DNA of 64,000 nucleotides from Chloroflexota bacterium (lineage in GTDB: Bacteria; Chloroflexota; UBA11872; VXOZ01), in contig OZ244922.1 in NCBI GenBank assembly GCA_965221905.1, positions 896,001-960,000 of the forward strand, written 5' to 3'. The position numbers and the translations under genes were made by a program. The notes beneath the pieces were generated by a model. That model was not told the origin of the DNA, did no database searches, and worked only from the letters and a program-made list of their open reading frames with translations. Below are positions 27,684 through 36,718 of the stretch, piece by piece (position 1 is the first letter of the stretch; every line of letters begins with the position of its first letter).

Positions 27684-29636
27684 ATGAGTGCGATAGAACA
27701 CTATACAGACGAATGGACTCCCCTCAACCCTGTAATCCTGGAGGCGCACCGAGCGAGTTCCAACGCGGTTGTGTCGGCGAATTGCTCGCCAGCGCAGGCG
27801 ACGGTGGGTACCTGGCAGTGCGTGGAATTGCGACTGACCCTCGGCCCCGAGGGGTTGTGTGAGGGCGATGCCCTGGTCGTGCAGTCTGCGACGCGCGGCT
27901 TGCAGTCCTGGCCGGTGTTGCAGCACCTTATGCCGGCAGAGGCGGGATACACCACTGCCGAGACCGCTTCGGGAAGGCGCGTGACCTGCGTTGTGGCTGG
28001 GCAGCACGTGCGCATGGTCGCGGCAGAGCCGCTGCCGGCCGGAGACACCCTCTGTCTTACGTACGGCGACCGGCGCGCTGGCGGGCCGGGCATCAAAATG
28101 ACTCTGGCCGCGCTCCGGCAGTGGTTTCGTATTCTTTACGTGCCCCAGGACGGTTCCGGCGCGCGCGAGGTGATCGCTGAACCGCCGTACCTTGACCTGC
28201 TACCGGCGGCGGCGGTCGGTCTTGACGTCTTGGCCCCAAGCCATGCTCGACGAGGAGAGGAATTCACGCTCGTCGTCAAGGCGGTAGATGAACATGGCAA
28301 CACGGTCGCGCCATTGGCCGAACCCGCAGCTATCTCTCCTGTAATTGGAGTAGATATTCCACCCGAAGTTGTGCTCAGCGAACGCGAACGGGCCGCCCGC
28401 CGCACAACCGTCGTGCTCACCGAAGAGTTGCCGCCCACCGCGCGGTTGCGCCTTGTCGTGCGCCACCGGCAGATCAAGAACGTGGCGTACAGCAATCCGC
28501 TGGAGTTGCTCCCCGAAAATGACGTCTCCGACCGCATCTTCTGGGGCGATTTGCATGCGCACACCTCTCACGGCCACGCGTATGGCGAGATCGAAGACCT
28601 CTACCATTACGCGCGCGATGAGGCGCGGCTCGACTTCGTGGCGCACGTGGAGCACTACACGCGCGCGGGCGAGTGGCTGCACCCGTGGTGGCGGCGGCGC
28701 TATCCGGCGAGTGAGACGGTCGCGGACTTCGTCGAGCACTCGTGGCAGGAGCGTCTGCAGCAAGCGCGGCGGTTCGATGCGCCCGGCCGGTTCGTGCCGT
28801 TACTGGGTTTCGAGTGGGCGCACACGACCGGGCATCTCAACGGCTTCTTCCCCGGTTTGGATGCGCCGCTCGTCTATCCCACGAGCTTTCGCGATCCCGC
28901 GATGAATCCCGCTCACCTCAAAATGCTGCTTGCAGGGCATGAGTGGTTCGGCGTGCCCCACCATACCGCCTTCCCGCTGGGTCGGGGTACCTTGGGCGGG
29001 TTCCGTTGGGAACTCTTCGATCCTGAGACCATGCCCTGCGTGGAGATTGCGTCCAAGCAAGGGAACGGTGAGTACTTCGGCGCGCCGTACGCGGCGCTGC
29101 CATCGGGAGTAGGGGGCACGGTGCGGGAAGGGCTAGGGCAAGGACTCAGGTTTGGCTTCGTGGGCGCTACGGATACGAATATCGCGCGGCCGGGCTCGTT
29201 CACGGCCCAAGAGAAACGCCAGCGACTGCCGGGCCTGACGGCGGTGTTTGCGCCTGCCCTGGAGCGTGAGGCGATCTACAACGCGATCCGACAGCGGCGT
29301 TGCTACGCTACCCTCGGCGGCAGACCGATTCTGCGCTTCACTATCAACGGCGCGTTCATGGGCGAGTCGTTGCGTTTGGCACGCGCCGACACCGTGAAGC
29401 ACATCGTGTGCGACGTAGCCGGCACGGCAGACCTCGCGCGCGTGGAAGTCATCAAAAACGGCGAACCGTTCTTTCAGTTCGTGACCACGGACACCGGCGC
29501 CCACAACCGCACGCACGAGTACCGTGAAGAGTTCCCCGACACAAACCCCAGCCAATCAGGCGACTACTACTATCTGCGCGTGCAGCAGTTCGATGGCACC
29601 CTCGCCTGGTCAAGCCCCATCTGGATCGATTTGTAG
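27684..29636 (+). CDS. DUF3604 / PHP-like metallohydrolase
   Basis: IFWGDLHAHT, LDFVAHVEH, GFEW..GHLN, VPHH, VEIASKQG, GFVGATD, GLTAVFA...RRCYAT, YYYLRVQQFDG..AWSSPIW. Confidence 0.8.
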   Translation: MSAIEHYTDEWTPLNPVILEAHRASSNAVVSANCSPAQATVGTWQCVELRLTLGPEGLCEGDALVVQSATRGLQSWPVLQHLMPAEAGYTTAETASGRRVTCVVAGQHVRMVAAEPLPAGDTLCLTYGDRRAGGPGIKMTLAALRQWFRILYVPQDGSGAREVIAEPPYLDLLPAAAVGLDVLAPSHARRGEEFTLVVKAVDEHGNTVAPLAEPAAISPVIGVDIPPEVVLSERERAARRTTVVLTEELPPTARLRLVVRHRQIKNVAYSNPLELLPENDVSDRIFWGDLHAHTSHGHAYGEIEDLYHYARDEARLDFVAHVEHYTRAGEWLHPWWRRRYPASETVADFVEHSWQERLQQARRFDAPGRFVPLLGFEWAHTTGHLNGFFPGLDAPLVYPTSFRDPAMNPAHLKMLLAGHEWFGVPHHTAFPLGRGTLGGFRWELFDPETMPCVEIASKQGNGEYFGAPYAALPSGVGGTVREGLGQGLRFGFVGATDTNIARPGSFTAQEKRQRLPGLTAVFAPALEREAIYNAIRQRRCYATLGGRPILRFTINGAFMGESLRLARADTVKHIVCDVAGTADLARVEVIKNGEPFFQFVTTDTGAHNRTHEYREEFPDTNPSQSGDYYYLRVQQFDGTLAWSSPIWIDL

Positions 29637-29867
29637 AGCAGCATTTGCTCTAGACTAGGCTCCCAAATTGGCGTCCATCAAAATGCCACAGAAGTCCTAC
29701 GCTACATACGGACTAAGTACACGGCCTCTGACTTCTCGCTGTTGAACGGTGTATGTCCTATAACCCGCTCAATATCGGCAGCCAAACGGCTGGCATGCTG
29801 ACCGCAACAATGGCTGGAACGGTGATAGAATCGCTTAGGACAAACAACATCCACAGGATAGATTTCA

Positions 29868-32672
29868 ATGATTCCCGATCAAAGCCACATCAATAGACTA
29901 CGAGATACGCTGTGGAAGCGCCCCGGCTCTGGGGTTTCGGTAATGGTCGGCAGTGGTTTCAGCAGAAGTGCGGAGAAGATTCGTTTCGACGCTGATGACA
30001 TTCCCATGTGGTGGGATATCGCTAACGAAATGCACAGGAGTCTAGACCCGGAAGGCGTGAATGAGTATCGGCAAGGAGCAAAGGCACCGACTTTAACGGC
30101 TGATAGCGCTTTGAGATTTGGCGAAGAATACAGGACTGTTTTCGGCCGCAGCAAACTGCATGAATTATTAGAGCAGCTTGTTCGTGATGAAGAATTTTCT
30201 CCTGGAGAAACCCACTTACGATTGTTGAGTCTGCCTTGGAGAGATGTGTTTACCACAAACTGGGATACGCTACTAGAACGGGCTAGCTCAAACATAGCGG
30301 CACCAGCGTATAGCGTTGTTCAAAACATGGAACAGCTTCCCCTTATGAGCCAACCTCGCATTGTCAAGTTGCATGGTTCACTTCCTGCGCAGTTTCCGCT
30401 GATTTTCACAGAAGAGGATTATCGAACCTATCCGATCCAGTTCGCGCCGTATGTAAACACCGTGCAACAGGCAATGATGGAAAGCCTGTTTCCTCTCATT
30501 GGATTCTCTGGTGATGACCCCAACTTTCTTAAATGGTCAAGTTGGGTACGCGACAATTTAGGGGATGCTTCACCAAAGATCTACTTAGCTGGTTGGTTGG
30601 AATTATCACCAAGTCGTCGTCGAATGCTAGAAGAGAGCGGAGTAAATTCAATCGATATTGCAGAACACCCAAAGGCCAAGGAGTGGCCCGAGAGGCTTCG
30701 ACACCAATACGCAACAGATTGGCTATTGTGCTCACTCGAGAATGGCCAGCCATATGACAGTACTGATTGGCCTTCACCCCAAATGCGAGAGACCACGCCA
30801 GTCCCGGTACACCTTCAGCCTATCGAAGAGATAGTCGCGGATGTTCCTCAAGTCCATCCAGAGAAGGAAAGGCGAACTAGCTCGCCTAATTACCAGAACG
30901 AGTCGCTTGAACGGGTCGAGCAAGTTCTCGACGTTTGGGCACATAACAGAAGGCTCTACCCTGGGTGGTTAGTATTCCCACATGGGCAAGACCGATTTGA
31001 ACTTAGTCAGCGGACGGATGATTGGGAACCGCCGATTCTCAAGGTGCTAGACAGGTTATCATCAGTAGAGCAGTTGAGAGCAATTCGCGAGTTGGTATGG
31101 CGTCGAGAAATCCTGCTCGAACCCATTAGCTCGGAGCTCGAAGAGGCTGCGCAGAAAATACTGGACGCCATAGATGGCGCTAGTCTCACAATTGAAGGAT
31201 CCCGTGAGTTACGTGATGATTGGCAAGAGATTCGGGACGCGTGGAGGACTATATCACTTGCCCTAGTCACGAATGCGCGCTACGGAAATAAGCGCAGCCG
31301 GTTTGAATGCCGCCTTGAGGCACTAATGCCCCTCCTTACCGAAGACTCCGACGCTGAACACAGAGCAAAGCAAGAACGGTGCCTATGGGCAGCCTATTCA
31401 CTGGACTTAGACCAGTTGAGTGTGCTTCTCGATGAATGGCGCGTTGAAAACTGTGACCCAGCATGGATGTTGCGCAAGGCCGCGTTACTTACGGAAGCAA
31501 ACAGATTCGATGAATCGGGGAAGCTAATTGAGAATGCATTGGATTTGCTTAGGAAAAACTCACAGGCGGTAAGAAGCATCGCAAACGCTTCCCGGGAAGG
31601 CTGGGCACTTGCTTCTTCACTTACTTACTCTAATCGAAAGAAGCTGCCAAGGGAGTGGGACAAGCTCGCTGCTCAAAAGTGTGATGCTCTAGCTGAGATT
31701 GACCACATCAGACGCCCACTTCAAGGCATCGAAGAGCTACAGAATCCCCCGCCATTTGACTCTACGTCAGGGGAAGGTTTTCGCATTGAGCTTTCCAATA
31801 GAGGCTACCAGCGCATGATCTCGGCGTACAGAGCAGTTCGCCTTCCGGAAGTGACAGGCCTTCCGATAGCAAACAACCCTGATAGTGATGGCTTTCCGCC
31901 CATGTCTCTATTCTCCGATGTCCTGAAACTAGCAGCGGAGGGAATGGTTACGGTTAATCCGGAACTTGCACTAAGGTTAATCCTTCGGGTGAGTAAGACT
32001 TACACAGACAATTCTCTCGGACGATTGCTGTCTAGGACCCGAGTGGCTGCACTGCCAGTCGAAACCGTGACGACACTTAGCAATCTATGCATCAGGGCGA
32101 TCACTTGTGTCCTGTCTCGCATTTCGACCTCCAGCGATTCAAACGGAGGAGTCGCGTTGGTAGAAAGATGGCAGGTAGCTTTGGAAGTATTGTCACGGCT
32201 TGTGCCACGTCTTCCCCCTGACATGGTTGATGCTGTCTTGGATATTGCTCTCAAGTATTGTAAATCGAGAGACGTCGTCCAACAGCATATGCTTGCGTCG
32301 CCTGTCAGGAGATTAGTGGTACGTTCATGGCAATCCTTGTCGAATGAGGGCCGCAGAAATCAAGTTATCGAGCTCTTGAATGCACCAATTGTTGGATTTG
32401 ATGGCTTTCCAGATAACGTTGACTTTCCCGATCCGGGAGCTCTTGTGAATTCCCAGGACTTGCCATCCAAATACGTTCTTGACGCCAGCTCAGAATTCCG
32501 GCAAGTGGTTAGCTTTCTCATTCGTGGACTAAGAGGTAGCGGGACAGTTCATTTGCGTGCAATTGCAAGGCTAGACCCACTCATTGCTTCAAGTAGCCTA
32601 ACAGTGAGTGAAACACATGAAGTTGCTACGGCTCTTTGGGAAGATTCTGACCCAATCCTGAACGACCAGTGA
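29868..32672 (+). CDS. SIR2-like (SIR2_2) anti-phage defence sirtuin, Dsr1-like; N-terminal 934 aa, ends at an in-frame TGA
   Basis: VMVGSGFS, FTTNWDTLLE, IVKLHGS, IFTEEDYRTYP, LIGFSGDDPNF..W..WVRDNLG, followed by a long helical region. Visibly more AT-rich than the flanks. Confidence 0.82.
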   Translation: MIPDQSHINRLRDTLWKRPGSGVSVMVGSGFSRSAEKIRFDADDIPMWWDIANEMHRSLDPEGVNEYRQGAKAPTLTADSALRFGEEYRTVFGRSKLHELLEQLVRDEEFSPGETHLRLLSLPWRDVFTTNWDTLLERASSNIAAPAYSVVQNMEQLPLMSQPRIVKLHGSLPAQFPLIFTEEDYRTYPIQFAPYVNTVQQAMMESLFPLIGFSGDDPNFLKWSSWVRDNLGDASPKIYLAGWLELSPSRRRMLEESGVNSIDIAEHPKAKEWPERLRHQYATDWLLCSLENGQPYDSTDWPSPQMRETTPVPVHLQPIEEIVADVPQVHPEKERRTSSPNYQNESLERVEQVLDVWAHNRRLYPGWLVFPHGQDRFELSQRTDDWEPPILKVLDRLSSVEQLRAIRELVWRREILLEPISSELEEAAQKILDAIDGASLTIEGSRELRDDWQEIRDAWRTISLALVTNARYGNKRSRFECRLEALMPLLTEDSDAEHRAKQERCLWAAYSLDLDQLSVLLDEWRVENCDPAWMLRKAALLTEANRFDESGKLIENALDLLRKNSQAVRSIANASREGWALASSLTYSNRKKLPREWDKLAAQKCDALAEIDHIRRPLQGIEELQNPPPFDSTSGEGFRIELSNRGYQRMISAYRAVRLPEVTGLPIANNPDSDGFPPMSLFSDVLKLAAEGMVTVNPELALRLILRVSKTYTDNSLGRLLSRTRVAALPVETVTTLSNLCIRAITCVLSRISTSSDSNGGVALVERWQVALEVLSRLVPRLPPDMVDAVLDIALKYCKSRDVVQQHMLASPVRRLVVRSWQSLSNEGRRNQVIELLNAPIVGFDGFPDNVDFPDPGALVNSQDLPSKYVLDASSEFRQVVSFLIRGLRGSGTVHLRAIARLDPLIASSSLTVSETHEVATALWEDSDPILNDQ

Positions 32673-32696
32673 GGCAATAACCATATTCCAGACTGG

Positions 32697-33656
32697 TTGT
32701 ACCTGATGTTACCGGAGCTGGAAGAAGGGAGAGCTGAACAGTCTTTCAGATGTAAGTGGCTAACTCCCAACACGGAGAAGCAGAGCGATAAGAGGGAGTA
32801 TGCAATTGACGTTTTGGCCCAAGTAAGTGCGGCGGTTGCAGAATTGGAGAGAATAGGCAAGAGCTTCGCGTTGTCGATGGATGAACAACAACACATTGTA
32901 GCCCAGCTTGGGCCTCTCACAGAGCTGCATACTTCGAGTCCAGTTAGCCTGAACTTTGGCCACAGATACTCTAATAGTCAAATCAGCTCATTGATTGTCC
33001 GAATTAGAATGCCAGAGGATGTTGCCGAGCAGTTGATTGAGAGAGTAGAAGATCTGCTTAGAGTGGATCTTCCTATGGGGAATCCTTGGAGCAAACCGCT
33101 TGCCGACCAGCGCATTGGTCTTGGCTACGCACTTATTCCTGGACTGACAAGAGCTCTGCCTAACCAGTTAGACAGAATCTCCTTGTGGCTGACAAACGGG
33201 CTAGGATCTGATGAAAACTCGCGAGCTAGCGGGGCCATCTTGACCCTACTTACTTGGCTCTTTGCGTCAGCACGATCGGAAATGCAGCCTATACCTGAAA
33301 ATCTTATTCGTGAGGTGGGGACGATTATTGCGCTCGGCCACAAAGCCGCACTCGCAGACAGCCTTGTTTTTGCTCGGAATGTGTTTGAAAAAGGACTTTC
33401 ATTAGAACAAGAAATTATCGGCCCGTTTGCGCTAAGGGGCCTTAGCTACCTGTCCCAAGTGCTAAAGTACGATCCAGATCAAGGTCAATATACTGATGTT
33501 TATAGGTTGAGGATTTGTTGCACCGAACTCGCCGTATCTATGGCAAGGCACGGATTTGAGAATGATGATGCTGTTGCTAGATGGTTAGAAATTGGGAAGA
33601 ATGATCCATTTTCCGAAATTAGCAATATAGTGGCCGAATCTGATCTTGTGGGCTAA
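32697..33656 (+). CDS. C-terminal continuation of the Dsr1-like sirtuin (same frame, beyond TGA 32670-32672)
   Basis: Offset from 29868 is 2829 nt, a multiple of 3. No other stop between the two ORFs, no clear RBS, similar base composition. Confidence 0.65.
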   Translation: MYLMLPELEEGRAEQSFRCKWLTPNTEKQSDKREYAIDVLAQVSAAVAELERIGKSFALSMDEQQHIVAQLGPLTELHTSSPVSLNFGHRYSNSQISSLIVRIRMPEDVAEQLIERVEDLLRVDLPMGNPWSKPLADQRIGLGYALIPGLTRALPNQLDRISLWLTNGLGSDENSRASGAILTLLTWLFASARSEMQPIPENLIREVGTIIALGHKAALADSLVFARNVFEKGLSLEQEIIGPFALRGLSYLSQVLKYDPDQGQYTDVYRLRICCTELAVSMARHGFENDDAVARWLEIGKNDPFSEISNIVAESDLVG

Positions 33657-33768
33657 TTTTACTTTGACGATGCGAATGGCTATCCGCATTTCTCACGGTA
33701 CAAGCGAGTAGGATTGAAAGTTTTCCATCTGACTTCAAAAGTGTTCCAATTACAGTTGGACTGTCAGG

Positions 33769-34650
33769 CTAGACGAACGTCTCGAGTGCCACGAAGACGA
33801 AGAACACGGCGGAGAGGGAGCTATTGACGTGGAAGAAGGCGGTGTTGATGCGGGAGAGGTCGCGGGGGTTCACGAGCAGGTGTTCCCAGGTCAGTAGGGC
33901 CGCCGTGGCCGCGATACCGAGCCAGTAGAACAGGCCGAGACCAAGTAGCAGGCCCACGCCCGCCAGGCACAGCGCGGTTGCCGTGTGTGAGATGGCGGAG
34001 AACAGCAGGGCCTTAGGGATGCCGAACCTGGCAGGCACGGAGTAGAGACCCTCGCGCAGGTCTATGTCGTAGTCCTGGCAGGCGTAGATCATGTCGAAAC
34101 CCGCCATCCAGGTTACTACGGCCGCTCCCAGGAGCACCGTGCTCCACGCGAATTCCCCGGTTACCGCAATCCAGCCGCCCATGGGGGCCATGGAGCCGGA
34201 AACGCCGAGCGCAAAGTGGCTCAGCCACGTGAAGCGTTTGGTGTAGGAGTAGGCCACCAGCCAGAAGATCGCCACCGGCGAAAGCAGGGCGCAGAGCGGA
34301 TTGAGCATGGCCGCGGCCAAGACCATTATCGCCAGGGCCACGATGCTCGCGCCCCACATGAATTGCGGCGAAAGTATTCCCTGCGGCAAGGCGCGGACGG
34401 CAGTGCGTGGGTTACGGCTGTCGAGGTGACGGTCGATGATGCGATTGAGCGACATGGCCGCCGTCCTGCCCGCGGTCATGGCTACCGAGACCCAGATGAA
34501 CTGCCACAGCGTCGGCAAGCCATCTGCCGCCAATAGCATGGCGAGATAGGCAAACGGCAAGGTAAACGCCGCGTGTTCGATCTTGATTGCTTCCAGGAAC
34601 ACCGGCACTTTGCGTATGACAGACCCAATGGAAGTGGACGTCGCGCTCAT
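33769..34650 (-). CDS. UbiA-family polyprenyltransferase (MqnP / 4-hydroxybenzoate polyprenyltransferase-like)
   Basis: IKIEHAAFTLPFAY, NRIIDRHLDSRNPRT, YSYTKRFT, GFDMIYACQDYDID, INTAFFHVN. Confidence 0.88.
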   Translation of the reverse strand: MSATSTSIGSVIRKVPVFLEAIKIEHAAFTLPFAYLAMLLAADGLPTLWQFIWVSVAMTAGRTAAMSLNRIIDRHLDSRNPRTAVRALPQGILSPQFMWGASIVALAIMVLAAAMLNPLCALLSPVAIFWLVAYSYTKRFTWLSHFALGVSGSMAPMGGWIAVTGEFAWSTVLLGAAVVTWMAGFDMIYACQDYDIDLREGLYSVPARFGIPKALLFSAISHTATALCLAGVGLLLGLGLFYWLGIAATAALLTWEHLLVNPRDLSRINTAFFHVNSSLSAVFFVFVALETFV

Positions 34651-34805
34651 AGCAACCTTCTATACCAATCCAAACTGCGCTTGAAAACGTACCATTTGAG
34701 CTATTTAGGACTCCTCTAAACTACATGGTCTCTACGTCGCACTTGCCACCGTCCCGACGGCCACGTGATGCCCGTTTCTTTCAAAGGGCAGACGACGCAC
34801 AATCC

Positions 34806-34873
34806 GTCATTCCGGCGAAAACTGGAATCCATCTTCGCAGAGTCCCTGGACTCCGGCCTTCGCCGGAGTGACG
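34806..34873. repeat. REP/RPE-like palindromic element, family A
   Basis: GTCATTCCGGCGAAAACTGGAATCCATCTTCGC...TGGACTCCGGCCTTCGCCGGAGTGACG. Confidence 0.82.
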
Positions 34874-35010
34874 GGCAAGAAGCCAGCCACCATGAATTGC
34901 CCTTCTCCTGCCCACGGCTTGCCGCTGGGAATGTGGCCTGGCAGGGTCGTGGTGTTTGCAGCCAATGCGGGTATCTGCTTCTACATGCGATTCTTTATTT
35001 GCGGCTGAGC

Positions 35011-35031
35011 GAGGGACAAGCCCCGCGCTAC
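35011..35031. repeat. GTAG-type REP, family B (GTAGCGCGGGGCTTGTCCC)
   Basis: GAGGGACAAGCCCCGCGCTAC. Related copies near 24850-24874, 46854-46874, 50534-50555 and 56585-56608. Confidence 0.7.
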
Positions 35032-35131
35032 GTATACCTGCCTGACTCTCCATTTTCGGACACAGACCGCAGATCTACGAAACGGTTCTGTCAGTCTGAA
35101 TCACGGCGCTTGCCTTTTCCACTGGCTTTCG

Positions 35132-35722
35132 CTACTCGTCGGCAAGCATCTTCACGAGCAGAGCTTCCATAGTTGCGATCGGCAGCGGGCCGACAAACTT
35201 GGCGGCGATTTTACCGTCCGGAGTGATGAAAAACGTTTCGGGTATGCCGGAAACCCCGTACTCAATGGCGATTTTGCCATTTGGATCGGGCCCACTGGGG
35301 TACGTTTGCCCGAATACTTTGCGGAATTCAGCCGCGGCCTCTTCGGAATCCCAGAGATTTATGCCGAGGATAACAACGCCGCGGTCCGCGTAGCGTTGAT
35401 GGGTCTCTTCCAGCGTTGGCGCTTCGGCGCGGCACGGGGTGCACCAGGAGGCCCAGAAATTGATTACCACCGGTTGGCCGCGAAATTCACTCAAACGCAC
35501 CACGCGCCCGTCGCTGAGCGTCAGCGCAAAGTCCGGCGCGGGGCGATTATCCATGCGGATGAGTTTCGGCTCCAGGTTGATGCCGGGCGAAAAGCCGGCC
35601 AGTTGTCCGCTCTGCGAGAGCACGTAGAAGAGCAGCGCCAACAGACCCGAGATCATCGCGACAAAGAGCGGAATGAGAATATACCGCAGCGGTATAATCC
35701 GCGGAGCCCTAAGCGCGCTCAC
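35132..35722 (-). CDS. TlpA/ResA-like membrane-anchored thiol-disulfide oxidoreductase
   Basis: N-terminal TM, APDFAL, INFWASWCTPC, YGVSGIPETFFI. GTG start overlaps the upstream TGA (GTGA). Confidence 0.88.
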   Translation of the reverse strand: MSALRAPRIIPLRYILIPLFVAMISGLLALLFYVLSQSGQLAGFSPGINLEPKLIRMDNRPAPDFALTLSDGRVVRLSEFRGQPVVINFWASWCTPCRAEAPTLEETHQRYADRGVVILGINLWDSEEAAAEFRKVFGQTYPSGPDPNGKIAIEYGVSGIPETFFITPDGKIAAKFVGPLPIATMEALLVKMLADE

Positions 35723-36522
35723 TGCACAGTCTCCCAAATGTGCTCGATCAGGTAGGGAAGGTCGTCGCCGCGGAAGACGGCATTGCGCCCGTCGAGACGC
35801 TCCTGGCGGGGAGGACTGTAGACGCTCTGGTCCCAGATATGCGTGTCCGTGACCGTAACCTGAATTTCATATGGCGGTTGCAGCGCCCAGATCGGGGGGA
35901 GAGAGGGAGAAGCAAGCGCGTCACATACCGCTTCATCTATTTCGGCGCGTATCGTGGCGGGAGGGCGCAGCTTGGCAGCCTGAAAGCCAAAGCCCCACTT
36001 TGTCGTGCACGTTCGCACACCCGGCAGTAATGACTCCGCCTCGGCGCAGGCGTGATTGTCGCCACTCACCAACACCACAGGTACATGCTGAGTGCCGCAC
36101 AATGCAGCGTGGATGCCGATAGTGCCGAGGTCTTGTCCATTTATCAGGACGCGCTGAATGCTCGGCGCTAGCGTTTGACAGAGCACCGCGCCCCAGGCGC
36201 CGGCCTTGGCGGGGTGGCCGAGCAGAATGGCGGCATTTGCATTGGCAAGCTCAGCAAACCGCACCTGTTGTTGCTCGCCGAAGACATACGTCGCGCCTGG
36301 ATGCAGCAGGTCTTCGTGAAACGGCACAAGGCCCGTGGCGTCGTGCACAAGGACCTCACTTGCACCCGCCCGCTGCGCTCCGGTAACCGCAGCCTGTATC
36401 TCACGCGCCATCAACGTGCGCGCTTCATCGTAGAGGAAGGATGCCTCTCCGTGTGGGTCAATCTGATTGCGGTGTACGACGCCAGCAGTACCGGCGTACA
36501 GAGCGATGATTACGACTTTCAT
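35719..36522 (-). CDS. M55 D-aminopeptidase (DppA)-like protein with degenerate metal site
   Basis: ARTLMAREIQAAV.GA..AGASEVLVHD, VPVVLVSGD, EAESLLPG, TKWG match the DppA scaffold. DxE, H, H and E ligands appear absent. Confidence 0.72.
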   Translation of the reverse strand: MKVVIIALYAGTAGVVHRNQIDPHGEASFLYDEARTLMAREIQAAVTGAQRAGASEVLVHDATGLVPFHEDLLHPGATYVFGEQQQVRFAELANANAAILLGHPAKAGAWGAVLCQTLAPSIQRVLINGQDLGTIGIHAALCGTQHVPVVLVSGDNHACAEAESLLPGVRTCTTKWGFGFQAAKLRPPATIRAEIDEAVCDALASPSLPPIWALQPPYEIQVTVTDTHIWDQSVYSPPRQERLDGRNAVFRGDDLPYLIEHIWETVQ

Positions 36523-36718
36523 AGGGACATTACTAGCTAGGGACGGTGGATATGTGCAAGAACTGTGCGCTCGACATAGCATTATCCAACGGAGGCGTCA
36601 GGCAGATTACAGATTCAATTGGATGTAACTGGCACAAGACAAGGGATTACGAGCATGGTTGCGAAAATGCGTGCGGAATATTGGGCCTCCAATGGGCGCG
36701 ATACACCGGACGACACGA

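Noticed and set aside
29634-29652. TAGAGCA-N5-TGCTCTA inverted repeat as the left end of a mobile element carrying the sirtuin
   Set aside because: No matching end found near 33660-33770; more simply a terminator-like hairpin at the DUF3604 stop.
18991-29839. Exact 14-bp direct repeat TAGAATCGCTTAGG at 18991 and 29826 as possible island boundaries
   Set aside because: A few 14-mer matches are expected by chance in 64 kb, and there is no integrase or tRNA associated.
32670-32700. Selenocysteine recoding of the sirtuin TGA
   Set aside because: The position is not a redox Cys context and the downstream hairpin is only about 5-6 bp; kept only as a remote alternative.
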